NCBI GenBank assembly: GCA_964016885.1
Contig: OZ024760.1
Coordinates: forward strand, 2,542,001 to 2,606,000
DNA: 64,000 bases
Reading direction: 5' to 3'
Source: Eledone cirrhosa
Taxonomy: Eukaryota
The stretch's first letter is position 1; the number at the start of each line of letters is the position of its first letter. This document shows, piece by piece, positions 61,501-64,000 of the stretch. Made by a program: the position numbers and the translations under genes. The notes beneath the pieces were generated by a model that worked only from the letters and a program-made list of their open reading frames with translations, was not told where the DNA came from and searched no databases.

Positions 61501-64000
61501 CTATAACCCCTCTCTATACTCTCTCTAGCATCTCATATAAACTACTTCTAAAAACCCTCTCTATACTCTCTCTAGCAACACATATAAACTACTTCTAAAA
61601 ACCCTCTCTAGCATCACATATAAACTACTTCTAAAAACCCTCTCTAGCATTACATATAAACTACTTCTAAAAACCCTGTATATATTCTCTCTAGCATCTT
61701 ATATAAACTACTTCTAAAAACCCTCTCTATACTCTCTCTAGCAACACATATAAACTACTTCAAAAACCCCTCTCTAGCATCACATATAAACTACTTCTAA
61801 AACCCCTCTCTATACTCTCTCTAGCATCACATATTCACTACTTCTAAAAACCCGCCTCTAGCATCACATATAAACTACTTCTAAAACTCTCTCTAGCATC
61901 ACATATAAACTACTTCTAAAACCCCTCTCTATACTCTCTCTAGCATCACATATAAACAACTTCTAAAAACCCTCTCTAGCATCACATATAAACTACTTCT
62001 AAAAACCCGTCTCTAGCATCACATATAAACTACTTCTAAAACCCGTCTCTAGCATCACATATAAACTACTTCTAAAACCCCTTTCTAGCATCACATTTAA
62101 ACTACTTCTAAAACCCCTCTCTAGCATCACATATAAACTACTTCTAAAACCCCTTTCTAGCATCACATATAAACTACTTCTAAAAACCCTCTCTAGCATC
62201 TCATATAAACTACTTCTAAAACCCATCTCTAGCATCACATATAAACTACTTCTAAAACCCGTCTCTAGCATCACATATAAACTACTTCTAAAACCCCTTT
62301 CTAGCATCACATATAAACTACTTCTAAAACCCCTCTCTAGCATCACATATAAACTACTTCTAAAACCCCTTTCTAGCATCACATATAAACTACTTCTAAA
62401 AACCCTCTCTAGTATCACATATAAACTACTTCTAAAACACCTTTCTAGCATCACATATAAACTACTTCTAAAACCCCTCTCTAGCATCACATATAAACTA
62501 CTTCTAAAACCCCTTTCTAGCATCACATATAAACTACTTCTAAAAACCCTCTCTAGTATCACATATAAATTACTTCTAAAACCCGTCTCTAGCATCACAT
62601 ATAAACTACTTCTAAACCCCTCTCTATACTCTCTCTAGCATCACATATAAACTACTTCTAAAAACCCTCTCTAGTATCACATATTAACTACTTCTAAAAA
62701 CCCTCTCTAGCATCACATATAAACTACTTCTAAAACCCGTCTCTAGCATCACATATAAACTACTTCTAAAACCCCTCTCTAGCATTGCATATAAACTACT
62801 TCTAAAACCCGTCTCTAGCATCACATATAAACTACTTCTAAAACCCCTCTCTATATTCTCTCTAGCATCTCATATAAACTACTTCTAAAACCCCTTTCTA
62901 GCATCACATATAAACTACTTCTAAAACCCTCTCTAGCATCACATATAAACTACTTCTAAAACCCGTCTCTAGCATCACATATAAACTACTTCTAAAACCC
63001 CTCTCTAGCATTGCATATAAACTACTTCTAAAACCCGTCTCTAGCATCACATATAAACTACTTCTAAAACCCCTCTCTATATTCTCTCTAGCATCTCATA
63101 TAAACTACTTCTAAAACCCCTCTCTAGCATCACATATAAACTACTTCTAAAAACACTCTCTAGTATCACATATAAACTACTTCTAAAAACCCTCTCTAGC
63201 ATCACATATAAACTACTTCTAAAACCCGTCTCTAGCATCACATATAAACTACTTCTAAAACCCCTCTCTAGCATTGCATATAAACTACTTCTAAAACCCG
63301 TCTCTAGCATCACATATAAACTACTTCTAAAACCCCTCTCTATACTCTCTTTAGCATCACATATAAACTACTTCTATAACCCCTCTCTATACTCTCTCTA
63401 GCATCTCATATAAACTACTTCTAAAAACCCTCTCTATACTCTCTCTAGCAACACATATAAACTACTTCTAAAAACCCTCTCTAGCATCACATATAAACTA
63501 CTTCTAAAAACCCTCTCTAGCATTACATATAAACTACTTCTAAAAACCCTGTATATATTCTCTCTAGCATCTTATATAAACTACTTCTAAAAACCCTCTC
63601 TATACTCTCTCTAGCAACACATATAAACTACTTCAAAAACCCCTCTCTAGCATCACATATAAACTACTTCTAAAACCCCTCTCTATACTCTCTCTAGCAT
63701 CACATATAAACTACTTCTAAAACTCTCTCTAGCATCACATATAAACTACTTCTAAAACCCCTCTCTATACTCTCTCTAGCATCACATATAAACAACTTCT
63801 AAAAACCCTCTCTAGCATCACATATAAACTACTTCTAAAAACCCGTCTCTAGCATCACATATAAACTACTTCTAAAAACCCGTCACGAGCATCACATATA
63901 AACTACTTCTAAAAACCCCTCTCTAGCATCACATATAAACTACTTCTAAAAACCCTCTCTAGCATCACATATAAATTACTTCTAAAACCCCTCTCTAGCA
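40565..64000. repeat. 36-bp satellite array (roughly 600 units, runs off the window) with 37/46-bp variants and higher-order repeats
   Basis: Unit TCTCTAGCATCACATATAAACTACTTCTAAAACCCC; the 12-aa MLERGFRSSLYV period in the ORF track confirms 36 bp. Confidence 0.98.

Noticed and set aside
41323-63313. Long minus-strand ORFs up to 623 aa of (MLERGFRSSLYV)n
   Set aside because: A 36-bp unit with one stop-free frame gives these automatically; frames break at every 37/46-bp variant and there is no unique coding flank

Overview
Eukaryotic, AT- and microsatellite-rich DNA made almost entirely of repeats. The SINE and MITE families resemble those of octopus (coleoid cephalopod) genomes; this is an inference, not a database result. 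No complete host gene is evident. The first 40 kb hold: one nearly intact RTE-clade LINE (APE endonuclease + reverse transcriptase) with a PHD-type zinc finger inside the RT and a single 4-bp frameshift; several RTE fragments; tRNA-derived SINEs of at least three modular types; piggyBac-like (TTAA) and Tc1/mariner/pogo-like (TA) MITEs; and several minisatellites, two of which visibly derive from a MITE and from a SINE tail present in the window. The last 23.4 kb are a 36-bp satellite with multi-kb higher-order structure. The most notable feature is a 467-bp unit repeated 2.45 times (37574-38715). Each full copy carries a well-formed minimal type I hammerhead ribozyme and the unit is highly structured, as expected of a retrozyme or Penelope-type circular-RNA element. 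Two more decayed Penelope-type hammerheads and some low-confidence spliced micro-exons are also seen. Nearly all long ORFs in the track are repeat translations.
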